Assembly: GCA_040954595.2 (NCBI GenBank) | Contig: CM082576.2 | Coordinates: forward strand, 16,415,028-16,479,027 | Direction of reading: 5' to 3' | DNA: 64,000 nucleotides | Source: Balanoglossus misakiensis | Taxonomy: Eukaryota > Animalia > Hemichordata | Shown: positions 51,701 to 64,000 of the stretch, piece by piece | How the letters are laid out: each line of letters begins with the position of its first letter | How positions within the stretch are numbered: the stretch's first letter is position 1 | Position numbers and translations under genes: made by a program | Notes under the pieces: generated by a model | What the model was told of the DNA's origin: nothing | Seen by the model: only the letters and a program-made list of their open reading frames with translations | The model's database searches: none

Positions 51701-53864
51701 CAGATATTTTTTTTATCATGAATTTTTCAGGAAAGGCTCGGGACATCCCAAAGAACAATTTTATGGGACAGTTTTTTTCATAAGTTTTCCCGTTGTGTTT
51801 TGGCAGCACGTTAAAGTTGTATACAAAATATCAACAAAAACTGTGTTTTCCTGAGTGATAACTTTGAAAAAAATAAGTTTATGCTGAAAGTGTCCCGTAC
51901 ATTGCTGGAGGGGTTGCTTAATATTAAAATGAATACAAATTATTCAATAATTTGTGAAAACATATCAAGATTCAATCAATATTTTGTAAAATTATGAATA
52001 TTTATATTTAGGCGTATCAAATTTCATAATTTTAGCAGATATTTTTACAGTCATATTTTTCCCTCACTTTTTAGTTTGTTAAGAATACATGCTGCAAATT
52101 TCAAGTCATTATCTTTATTCTAACTTGTGAAAATAAATTCACAAACATTGAGAGAATTTGCTTCAAAAATAGCCTTTCCAACTACCTTAAGCCTTTATTT
52201 TACGTCTGTATCCAAAGAAAACGGCGAAATACACCGATTATCATTATCTAGTATTCTGAAAATAAACCAAAATGCATGTTTTGACAAATAAATGAGGTGA
52301 TTGTGTCACCTAATTAAATATACAAACTGCAACAACATTTCTTTCAACAAACCAGGATAAGGTAGATCAGTCATAAGGTACACTAAGAGGCAAAAATAAC
52401 TTACTAGCATTTTCACATACAACTGTAATCTTGTAGGCGCACTCTTGATTTGTCCATGTGTCACCTCTGAGAATTAAAACTTCAAGTAAGTATATATTTT
52501 ACCATCGCACATTAACGCCAGTCAAACCGTACACCTTTCATAATATATACTGCAAAACGTTCTCTGCAATTTCTCCTAAACTTTTGACTCAGATCCAAAG
52601 ACAATGAAGAATTCAGTCTTCAAGATGTAAAATTCGCAGAAACATGAATAAATCAGTTAGATTGTTTTACCACATTTTGCAGAGAAAGGTTTTTGTTCAA
52701 CGTTAAAATGGACATATCTCACAGTTTCCGAATTATATTTTTCCACAAAAGGAGACATGTGTACGCAATTACAAAAGACATCAAATTGTGATCCGAAGAT
52801 ATTGTCCATTGTAACAACTGCATGTCTTTAAATTGTCAATCAACTCTGTCCCTGCTGATTTTCCATTCTGAGCTTCTGCGCATGACACAGAATGATTGCT
52901 TCAAGTTTAGCTGTATTATAATGAGCACAAAAACACACATTTCTTCATATTTGAATATAGTTTCAAAACGCTCAACTCACGCCATTACGAGACTCTCTCC
53001 ATTTTTCTCTGAAAAATCTGTACTCCTGGGCTTGTAGGTCAAAATTTCCCCGTCTCTTGTGACTACGCGTCCGTTGTCAATCAGTCGAGCATCTATCCAG
53101 AATATTTCTCCTATTCCTTTTACACTGTTTACTATAGCTGCGTGTTTTTCTTCGCTGTCATCTTTAACAAGGCGAAGACCTAATTGCTCACAAAAATTGT
53201 AGGCAGAAAGGTGATCCAACGGCCTGAAAACGTGGTAGGTGACGCAACCTGGAAATAAAATCGTTATTCTTATGACAGTCAGTTTAAACAATCACAAAAT
53301 AATAAGATTCATGTGCTCCTGTTTTCAGGCCTAGGTAAGAGATATCAGCAAAGCGGCGAATCTACACCGTCTAGATGGAAAGAAAGGCTGTCAAGCAGCG
53401 AAATCGAGATAATTTAGCTGCGCAAGGGGTTTGTCAAGCAGCAACACCTAGATAGTCTAGCTGCAATTCCCGGGGTTTTTCCCGAAAGTCCGTGGGATTT
53501 CAAAATGGCGATCAGGAGTACAAACACTCGCTAACTGTCAGTTTTTCCTGATATTATGTGTTTAAAAGCAAAATTTAGGAATAAACAGTAGCGCGTTCTG
53601 GGACTAGTGCATTTAAAAATAGTTGTGCCAAACGATTTTGTTAAACTCTCAATACTTTTGAAGAAGATAGAAAAAAAAACCTCGGAGCACGGACACGTCT
53701 CTAGCTGATATTTCTTACCTAGGCCTGGTTTTGAGGAATTAAAATGTCTTACCTGCTTGTTGCAGTAATGTCACCGACAGAATGACGAATGTAGGGATGA
53801 GCGTTAACTTTAAGGGTATTTCACGACATTCTTGTAACATTTTACAGCTTCTCAGGCAAGTCAT
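45796..53864 (-). CDS. Lectin-GAIN paralog B: signal peptide + 2 C-type-lectin-like domains + polycystin-1-like GAIN/GPS, no TM (predicted 651 aa)
   Basis: 13 GT-AG exons: 53864-53753, 53248-52981, 52466-52405, 51112-50830 (uses TE donor), 49364-49288, 49004-48934, 48648-48558, 48220-47886, 47568-47460, 47236-47112, 46907-46679, 46258-46173, 45903-45796. Total 1956 nt, phases compatible. CTLD motifs A..FC..LGLRL..FWIDA..W...C....VCE; GPS CSYFDENNWQNDGCK..TLCLCNHL/TVF. Confidence 0.85.
49847..50839. mobile_element. Non-autonomous TIR DNA transposon, copy 2, inserted at the end of exon 4 of paralog B
   Basis: Same 24-bp TIRs as 1253-2230. 3-bp TSD gta (49844-46, 50840-42). Empty site in paralog A at ~42083. 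Confidence 0.93.
51200..52186. mobile_element. Kolobok-like MITE (intronic)
   Basis: 17-bp TIRs ggtagttggaaaggcta / tagcctttccaactacc; TTAA TSD; empty site ctctaaTTAAgcc at ~42440 in paralog A. Confidence 0.9.
53326..53727. mobile_element. MITE with 5-bp TSD (intronic; hAT5-like by CAG termini)
   Basis: TIRs caggcctaggtaaga(g/a)atatcagc; TSD gtttt; empty site ctcctgttttaagg at ~43600. Confidence 0.85.
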
Positions 53865-54939
53865 GGTTGCGAGTTGTGCGGCTAATCTGCGATCAACCTG
53901 TATATTAAAAGCTTGATAAGTTATGCGTGTTTTGTAAAGAATTGTAACTACTGGTTGTGCTATGCCTTCGGGTTGTTTGGAACTGGAACGTTGCAGCGTC
54001 AATTGCCCCGCCCCTACACCTTTCTCAAGATAACAAGGAGAGAGTCTTTGAGCATGTACACACACCAACTGCTGAAGGACATTAAAAGTGTACAGGGGAC
54101 TTGAGAAATTATTATGTTTTGTAAAGAATAGCAACCACCGCAGAGAGCATGGGATAAATGTAGACGCTATGTCGTGTTCTTTCAATTTTTTGTTAGCAGA
54201 TACATCCTAGGGGTTGTTAGGGCCAACCAACTGGAACGTTACTGCGTCAATTGTCCCTACCCTCGAGATAACAAGAAGATAGTCTGTGTGCATGTACACA
54301 CGTTACCTGCTGAAAGGGCACAGTGAAAAATGTAAAGGGATGCATGTTTGAACAATTAAAATTCGTTGGAAATTATATTTGAAAACAGTATTGCCAATAT
54401 CGAATGACAAGTTTCACTGGTCTATTGTTTAAATCAAGGAAATACATACGTGTAAATATCAACTTTAATTCCTCAACTGTTTCACCCAACTAATGGAATT
54501 TCGGCTTATTGTCCTGCAAATAAACATTTCTCTTGAGTGTACATGTGATATATATTTAATGCCTTGCCTTTCATGCATTGACCACACCAATGATAATGCT
54601 ACAATGCGGTTTCCCAGAGGTTAATCCTCCGGTAAGGGCCCCTGGATTAGATCTTAAGAGAGTGGCTTTAATTTATTTATGGTCACATCTTTATTCTCAA
54701 ATTCTGTAGTTCTAAAAATACAATTTGTAATATTCTACCGCCTCTCATGTCATCTGCATTTAACATTTGCATTATTCAGATATTGAATAACTTCTGCTGC
54801 TGCGGGATATGTTGCGACATATGCGAGTATGAATTCAGCACATATGGTATACAAAAGTATCTGCAAAATTTACCCAAATACGACATCCCTCCTCAATATC
54901 GACATTCCCCAAATCGATCGTCTCCCACTTCGTGAGGAA

Positions 54940-55105
54940 TGCAACATTTTTAAATGCTTTCGACGAATGTGGCGATGATCGTTAACGTCAAAGGGATTTC
55001 ACGACAACATTGTAACAATTTACGTCTTCTCAGGCAATCCATGGTTGAATGTTTTGTGGCTGATTATGCGATCATCTAATGTATGAACAACTTGACAAAT
55101 TTTGC
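54940..55105 (-). pseudogene. Decayed extra copy of lectin-GAIN exon 1 within duplicated upstream blocks
   Basis: gttaacgtcaaagggatttcacgacaacattgtaaca..ctcaggcaatccatggttg resembles 53802-53870. Flanking ~54490-54900 and ~55120-55520 resemble each other and ~44130-44410. Confidence 0.65.
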
Positions 55106-56999
55106 ATCTGACCCAATCAATGAAAATTCGGCAAATTGTCCTGCAAATATGTGTACATGTGATCTATATTTAATTACTTGTCTTTGGTGCATTGTCCACG
55201 TCAATAATAATTCTACAATACGGATTCCCAGAGGCTAACCCATCGGTTAGGGTTCTGAGGTAGATCCTGAAAGAGTGGCTTTAATTTATTTATGCCGACA
55301 TTTCTTATTCAAAAAATTGCAATTCTAGAAATCCAATTGTAAGATTTTATCGCCTCTCATGTCATCTACATGTCACATTTGCATTATTCAGATGATGACT
55401 AACTTCCGCTACGGGAGATGTCGGTGAAGATAAATATGTCCAGGAATTCAAAACGGCACATATAGTGAGAAAGTATCTGCAAAATCTACCCAAATACGGC
55501 ATAGTTTATTCCTCAAATATCCATTTTCCAAAAAATCGATTGTCTGCCATTATGTATAGCATGCAAACTTTTCAAAAGTTTTGTAAAGAACCCCATCGAG
55601 AAAAAGCTATTTTTTACAACATCGACAACAACAACAACAAAAACAACTCCCTCCCTCCTTCCTTCCCTCCCTCCCTCCATCCCTCCCTATAGGGAATCCC
55701 TCCCTCCCTCCAATCCATCAGAGTATAATCAAATGAAGCGTAATTTGATTCGATGGGAAAATGCGCCATACATACATACTGCACTTTAAGTGTACGCTTA
55801 AATATCAACCACAATAATCCAGAGTAATCCAAGGCCAACACATACAATTTGTTTTAAAGTTACAGAATATAAATTCACCATGATGACAAGTGAAATTATG
55901 GGTTATTACAATGGCAAGTGACATCTTATTTTGTCAATTATGGTACATTATTAGTTCAGAACTTGTCAGGATTGTACATAAAACCAAAGATCCTCATTGT
56001 CTTAAGTTGAAAAAAATTACAACTGTTGCATTGATCTTTAAGAAATAATAATTGCGGTGTCAGGAGCCCCTTTCCATTTATTGCATACAGTGTACATATG
56101 ATCATGACGGTGAATGTTTTCGTGGGGGGGGGGGGTCATCATATTTTTGGGCCTATCAAAGGGGGATGGGTAATCATTTTTTAGTCCTGGGTGAATGGGG
56201 GGTCGGCCTGATTTTGAAAACCGATGACACAAACTTGCCGCCCCCAGCAGAAAAAACCTGAACAGTCCCTTAACTCTCATTTGATTCGTGGAAAAAGGGC
56301 ACCGCATATACACAATGCACAATAAGTGTACGTTTTAATGGCAACCATAATAAACCAGAGCAATACAAGTCAAACACATATAAAAACTATTTCAATTACA
56401 GAACACTAGAACTCCACCAATTAATGACAAGTACAATTACGGGTTAGTACAATGGCAAGTGACAGTACTGGTTATTACTAACAAAACAGAAATATTGATC
56501 AATGTTTACACGTAATTTGATTCTGGGAGAAGGCGCAATACATACAAAGCGTACAGTAAGTGTACCATCAATTAATGACAAGTACAATTACAATGGCAAG
56601 TGACAATACTGGTTATTACAAAACAGAAATATTGATCCATGCATACATGTTTATATCCAATCATGGCAGATTACAAAGAAATGTATAAATATCATCGTAC
56701 TATATGAACAAAATCAATTATAGGCGCACGCAATACAAATTGATTTTAACGACATATCTAACTCTCATCAAAACGCTGCTCTTTCAGACTAGTTTGTTGG
56801 CACCTCTAGCTAAACGTACACCTATGCCTTTCACATTTAATGCATTGTCAACAAAACTCGATTTCCAAAAAAGCTAAATGAACACTTCTTGCTTCATAAA
56901 GTCTAAAAAACAGATAACATTTTGAATGATAAACATTTGTTTAGAACTCGTCCCAAAGCTTATTTTATCACTTCTGTAGACCAAACGGACGCCCCTGTG

Positions 57000-59900
57000 C
57001 TAAACGTGGCATCGTCCGTCAGATTCAACAACTCCCACCATTGCACTGAAAACAGTCAGGTGGTTACACAGACAAAGGGTAGAATTGAAGTCGGATTTTG
57101 GTGACACCTGAAAGATATCAAGCAGAAAATAAACGTGATGACAAAGCATTGGGCGTTTCTTTGCAAGTGAAACAAGATCAAACACCTGGTTCACACCCCA
57201 GTGTTAATTTAAACAAGGCAAAGCGCCCTCACGTGAATCAGTAAATTTTTTACGTTTACGGTGTCAGTATTAATTGTAAGATGCAGTACCTTGTTCTGCA
57301 TTTTAAGTTTTTGTTGCATATTTATCCACAGTACCCACTGAAATCACACTGATTGCCACTTGTCTTAAATTTCATCAATCGCAAGTACATGGAGCATTTC
57401 AACTTTTGCAAAATTTAGAAGAAATTAATTTGTATACCTTACAACCATCATTTTGCCAGTTAGTCTCATCAAAGTAGCTACATCTGTGTTGAGTAGTGAG
57501 AACAGTGATGTCAACCCCATGGGCTGTAGTGAAAAAAGATATACAGAACTGCGGTTACATCAACATATTCCATATAAAACCAACTGGAGTGTCTGTAAGG
57601 TAGTGTGCACCCAGAAAATGAAATTCATAAACTTTTGTATTATATTGCTAAAGGCAAAAGAAATACAGAACGCATACCACGTGTTTTTTTGTACACCTTT
57701 GTATGGAGGCCGATTAAACGGGTTGAGCGCCCGTTTAATATATCACTTGATCAAATTAAAACATGCAGTCACAATCGGGCATCGACAAGAAGTAAATGTA
57801 TAGTATGCATATTTAGATGAACATCAGAAAGCATATTTAGATGGACCAATCTAAGCTCGATAGTAAAATTAGAAAATTGGGAACTCTATATTAAAACCGC
57901 AAGATCGTAGCATAACTTTCTATACATATGCATGTTCGTTTTTGAAATTAAAAAGAAGCATAAACAGCAAAAAAGAAGAGAAAATACAACTATGTGTTTT
58001 AATCAACGATCATTGTGCAATAGTTGTATTAATCATGAAAATATTCCACAATCTTACCACTGGTAAGGTCAAAGGCTATGTAATACAAGCCCGTCCTGGT
58101 GATCTTTGCTTCTGGTAGAAATATGGATGCTGTACACCCTGCAAATACCAACTCAGTTACATAATGGAAACCACTGTAGCCACCGACGGCGTCAAGTCTT
58201 TCCAGTGACACGTATGCTGTAGTAGTCTCAAAGATAGGCCCTTGTGCTTCCATGGTGATTTGCATTGCAGAGTATCTCGATAGTGCCTACAACGATGAGA
58301 AACCAATGCAAAATGAACTCCAGAACTGGTACAAATGATTCTTTTGAGGTAAACCTTGCCTGTGTTTTGAGATGTGCAAGTTCAATTCACATGGTGTGTC
58401 ATTGGGCATCAGACCTCGGATCATGATGACAGAGAGGATGGTGATTGCATGTTACATATGTAAAATATTGCATGCTGAGAAATAAATCCCCATGGTTATG
58501 ATTTGTGTGCATTTACATAGGGCTTTACCCCCTCCCCCGGCTGACCATCACACCAAGATGGGTGGTTTGATGGTACTTTAGAGTTGCTAACATGCAAAAG
58601 TCGGTAAGGTTCATATAATGTGTGAGGTTTACCGTTACTGTCATTGCATAGTGAGTGACTCCTTCATATTCCACGTATACTCCCCTGACAATGCTTTCAT
58701 TGATAGGTGTCTGATAATTACCAAGCCATACACCGAGATTCTCTGATGCATTTTTCACTGAAAATGAAAACGTTCTGTGATAATTCAAACTGATGTTAAA
58801 ACTCCACTCACAATTTGGCCATTACTCGAGTTCCGCCCCACGATGAAAATATATGAGCGAGTATTGTAATACATATCACTGGGTTTCTGTGTTGATTAAA
58901 AGAAGATATGTGCCATTTCAATTTGAGTTTTAACTGGTAATTGATTTTATCCACAATATAAACTTTTTCATTATGACACTAGTGATACAGGGAATCCCCA
59001 ATGCCCTAGCATATAATATGACCCCTAAAGACAAGGAGTTCCAGAAATCACGCTGTTTCCAAAGATTTAAGTATTTTTGCGAGTTCCATGAGAAGGTTAG
59101 GATGCCATTAATGGCCTTAATGAAAACCAACCTTTAATCTCATTACCATCTTCATCTCTGAATTCCAGGGTCAGTATATCGGTAGTGAAGCCATGTGTCC
59201 GATTTACCAATCTGTGAGGATTCCAACCGAATCGGAAAATCTATAAAAAAATACATCTTAATTATTCCTCGAGCACTTGAACGCATTATAACAAAATAAT
59301 TGTACTTTAAACCAAAGATCATAATTAAAAATGTTTATGGACTTATTTTGTAAAAAAAAATGACAATGTTTGCACTAACTCAGCATAATACTGTCTACTT
59401 CATTCCAACAATGACTTGACTGGCGGAAGAATCCTATTGACCAAAAGTTAGACAAATGTCAATATACAAGAACAGAGCAATGTGTGATAGAAAACGAAAG
59501 TGAGATTGTCTTCTGATTATAGACGTTGTATACAAACCATTCTGTTCAAGACTGTGTCCCACGACAATTGTGGAAACATAATATCTGCTGGTGGAATATT
59601 GAATCCACTTCCATCTCCAATCATTACATTGGTGTCGCACAAGTCCTGCACAAAGTTCTTTTCCAGATGCAGCACAAGAGAAGAAGTGTTCACGATGATT
59701 GGTCCATGTCCACAAATAGCCTCGTTCAGTATAAACATCGATAACTGGTCGAATATTTTCGTTGTTATCTTTGTCAGGTGGTTTGCCTGCCCGGGTTTCA
59801 GCCTGTCGCTCGGATTGGCGTCAATTAGGGACTGCATTCTGTCTATCACCTTTCGCATGACATTCAGTGTTTCTGAAATTATGTAATTATTGCCATTTAA

Positions 59901-62900
59901 AATGTATCTCACTCTGTCTGATTGTCGGTCTCGGCTTTTCACCAATGCCCTAAAAATATGAAGTGAGTTTCATTTCTTGAAACCATTGTGGGGAAATGAT
60001 GAATGGAAAATGTTGAAGAGATAATGGAGACCTATCTTTCCCCTTCTAATTCAGCGTATCATTCAACAGTTGGATACGTCCAATGCTCGAAGTTTCTCTT
60101 AGCTACATGTAAGACATTTGACGGTTACCGATAATTTGCGTGATCTGTGGAAACCAAACGAACTGTAGTTGACGCATTTTCGATACTCTTAATAATTGCA
60201 AGGGCCCATGTTTCTGCATCTGATATGAATATTGTATTTACATCATTGGATGTAGATACTGAATGCGGACGGTGTTGTGATGGAAACTGATGTCACAGAA
60301 TCATCTTGGTTAAAACAACAAAATATAAGATTACCTTTTGCAAATAAAATTCTTCCTTTAAATATGACACTTTTATTTGCAAGGTCAGATGTTAAATTGT
60401 CCAACTTGTCAATTACACTAATACCCTGGAAAAAGAAAAGAACATTATTTAGTACGTGGCTTTATAGCTTTATATGGAATCATTTAGTATGTAGCTTTAG
60501 TTGTCACAAAATAGTCATATCGATATCCTATAAGGACCTTTGATAAACGTGTAAAGACAATTACATAGTATGTGGTTTATAGCATTATGTGAAATTGATT
60601 TAGAATGTAGCATTAGTTGTCAACAAATGTTCTGTCTCTTCAGTGGATTTCGCCAACTTGTGGCTTTATACAAGACAGTGCATTGCGTCAGTCTCAAATG
60701 ATTTGAACCTTTCTTACCACATCTGTTGTTCTGAATTCATCTTCACTTATCTTGACCAACCTCTCCCGCAGCAGAAGTAAGTCATCATCTGGATGTTGCA
60801 AATGTAAAAGACAGATGATGTGAGAGGTGCCAAAATATTATGTTTTGTATTTCTAACATTGAGAAGGCAATCGTGACTTTAAAATAGTACATGAATATAT
60901 AACATTTTCAGGGGACATCTTTACTCCGTTGTCAACAACCTTCTTTCATGTCAAGACAGTCATAAATAATTTCAATGTCATGCATTCCTTTATCTGTGTA
61001 TACTAATGAAATTGGTAAAAATAATATCATACAAAAGTCATCGCGACATCAAACGCTCGAATCATGCAAATATTGTCCATGAAACATTCGGATATTATAA
61101 TTCGACCCCCTTTGTATGTACACGACACTAAGATGACACATGCAAACAAACAACTTGACTATTATTTAGAGTTTCACTTAGTTTTAACCCTATATAACCC
61201 AACGGAATGTTCATGTTCAGTCATTGTTCCTTCTCTTCCTATATACACTGCAGGACCATCATTTAACCGTCTTGTGGCGGAACAATACAACTTTTGTTTC
61301 AATTATCCATTTCCCGAAAGCAACAAGAGATGGTCCATTACACATACGGGCATTTCCAATGTGACTTCCTTCCAACGCAGATAAATGTAGTTACCATGCG
61401 TATGCATTTGTCGACTTTCCATGTATCATGGCATATGTTGAAAGTATACACGCCACAAAACTACAAAGGTGGTCAACTATGCAGGAAAGGGAAATTTATA
61501 AACGAGATTTATCGCTGATGTCTCAAAATACTTACCGTTATCCTCGCAAACTAAAACCATTGGATTATCACAGTCGTCAGTGAACCATTTACATATACTT
61601 GAGTTACACCTGTATAAAGATTCACTGTTCAACGCTTATTTAAGTTTACAATGTCTACAATGATACTGTACAGTGTCTTTAATGACCATCATAGAAAAGT
61701 TCTATAATGACCAATATGTGATGTGAAGAATGATCTCTATAGAATGGCCTTATGACCAACCTGCACAGTTTGCATTATCGAATCAAATCATTAACCGTGC
61801 AGCCATACCCTGCCTATGTTTTCCAAAATTGTTGAATATTTAAGTCAAATTTGGTATGGACATGGTTCCCATAAATGTCTTACATTCACTGTCTATTGTT
61901 CTGTAAGGCCCATGTTGGAATGATATAGCAATCACGGCGTTAGATGTAAAGCATCATGCTCAAATTGTGCTTTGCAATTCAGACGATATAACAGGTAAAG
62001 TTAGTTACCAAAACATAGTACTCAAACTTGACAAAATACCAGAAATAATGCAAAGATATTGATTTTCAGCAGCATATTGTAACCTTTGGGATACGAAAAC
62101 GAAACAATACACACTTATTCAAATCATTCAACTGCCATCATTTCTCCTATGCAATCTCCTATATGAAAGTTCCAACGCTATAACAGTTAACGCCATGAAA
62201 GCAATGACAAACTATATCTTTTGTCTGGCACTGTGGACAATGGTTTGAACCGACTCACTTTACGGAAATACATGATCCGACGTCAAGATTCTGGTTGGGA
62301 GCAAAACGCGTGTGTTCCGATATCACACCGCTGCTTGTCTTCACCGAGCCATCTGCCATGACGGTGGCATCAATCCATAATTCTGGCTTACGTAGACCGC
62401 AAAAAAATGAGACGCAGTACTGGTCGATTTTCCATTCAGTGGTATCAGTTAGAAGACGCATCCCAAGCTTCTCACATAGCTGGTATGTAGCCACCATACC
62501 ATTCAGTGAGGTAGTTAAGTCGAAAGATGCTGCCGATTAGAAAACAACGCTCGTTCTTTCCCGTCAAATCCCTTGTAAAGCAAAACACGTTCCAAATCGT
62601 CCGTTGCACGAATAATCATTTTGCGGAGGAAAGTGAAATAAAACTAAGCGCAAAATTCGGAAAATCCAACCTTTTAGGAGTTTGGTCTCTAGCCGATAAA
62701 TCCAGCCTGCTTGGAAGCCTTATAGCCCTACGTGTTCCCGTCGTGGCGGCGGTGTAACGCCGGGAACACACATACCTGTACGCGGGGCTAGGAAGCCCTA
62801 CAAGTTCACCAGTAAGATCGCAATGTTCCTCAGTATCAGAATTTGTCTTGCCTTTCACAACGTGTTTCCATGGTTACGCGTAAATTTTATTGTAAAAAAC

Positions 62901-63421
62901 TTAACCATAACATAATGTCGAGATTCATGAACATGTAGGCGCTATTGTAGGTAATATCAAAAATCACACCCCCGCGTGTCATGAGACATATGCCTACCGG
63001 TAATCCGTTTCCCGATGCTCCGATGTTGTCAAACTCCTGAAACGAACTTTCAGCTGGCCCGGGCGGCCGTAAAAGCAATGCGAACTTGACATTCACTTAT
63101 ATATGAACATCAATTGAATTGAATGCATGTACTTTAAGAATAAAAGTACAGATATTGTTACAATTGCAATAAATGTCAAGATCAATTGCCTATTTTTCTC
63201 CATATCTGGTTATGTCGTGTTTTTGTATCTCCCACAAACAGAGAAAAATGACCAGTATAGGTCTAGTTTGTCCAGGGATATAAACATGTTGTAGAATGCA
63301 AAAAACAACAACATGAAACTAATGTGCAAAGAACTTCAATTAAATAAACTATAACTTACTTGCATTTTCACATAAAATGGGATGTGTCATCAAACAGTCA
63401 AGATAGCCCCACTGTTTATTT
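57000..63421 (-). CDS. Lectin-GAIN paralog C (exons 3-13; 5' exons lie beyond the window)
   Basis: Exons 63421-63360, 62529-62259, 61609-61536, 60788-60718, 60425-60335, 59872-59538, 59240-59132, 58757-58633, 58286-58058, 57523-57438, 57107-57000. Same phases and mostly same lengths as B; open frame; same C-terminus HLTVFSAMVGVVESDGRCHV*. Confidence 0.85.
61045..61522. mobile_element. Intronic insertion specific to paralog C with short inverted ends
   Basis: Absent from paralogs A and B at the same intron position; ends gacatca../..tgatgtc. Confidence 0.45.
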
Positions 63422-64000
63422 CTGTGAATTAAAAAGTTATGAAAGTATATTAACGTTTCACCACGCCAGTCAACCCGTGCATCTCTCAAACTATATAGAA
63501 ACGTTTTCTACATTTCCCCTCAATTTGATTAAAACCCGGGGATAATTGAGAATTGGGTGAACTTGATCTAAAATTTAGAAAAAAATAGACAAATGTGGTA
63601 AAATATTGCACCACATTTTGGTGTTCAAAGGTAACGATGAGACGAAACTGGAATATCTCAAACTTGCAGAGTGAAATTTTCCATAAACTCGAGGTATATG
63701 GGGGTGCAATTGCCAATAATGTTCTTCAGTCTGAAGACATTGCCAATTGCAACGTCTGGATCTCATTCAAATGTAAATCTATTCGGTCCCTACTTATATA
63801 TTTCAAAGATGGCATACCTCTGCACTTGATTCCCTGTGGTTGATATAAGTTAAGCAATATTAAAATGACAACACAAAAACATTATTTTTTATATTTAAAT
63901 TTATATTATATCATGCTACCGTCCGCGATTCTGATTGGACGAGAGCTGAATCCAGCCATGGTAAAATACTGTTTTACCATGGCTAGCAGTGGTAAAACGG

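Noticed and set aside
62532-63100. GC-richer intronic segment with 69-80-aa ORFs
   Set aside because: Probably a TE fragment, but I could not identify termini, a TSD or a convincing protein motif.

Overview
Eukaryotic, AT-rich, repeat-dense DNA, probably a marine invertebrate (taxon is inference). Most entries in the ORF track are spurious. 1-21.5 kb is transposon debris: a Helentron/HINE-like element, MITEs, hAT, Gypsy and RTE remnants, a ~115-bp satellite and microsatellites. 21.5-40.6 kb is a 5S rDNA array (~1.3-kb unit; five complete + strand genes and one inverted, truncated gene). The array is interrupted by Harbinger-like MITEs and by an 11-kb BEL/Pao LTR retrotransposon, which itself carries a 4.5-kb foldback element and two 9-bp-TSD MITEs. 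40.5-64 kb holds three tandem minus-strand paralogs of a multi-exon gene reconstructed by hand: signal peptide, two C-type-lectin-like domains, then a polycystin-1-like GAIN/GPS region. In copies B and C the frame stops 18 residues after the HL/T cleavage site and no transmembrane exon is visible, so these are candidate secreted lectin-GAIN proteins with a receptor-free Stachel-like peptide. Other highlights: a DNA transposon whose TIR supplies an in-frame splice donor, two MITE ends at the same TTA of the 5S spacer, and a gene copy fused in frame to 5S sequence. All calls come from reading the sequence; no database searches were run.
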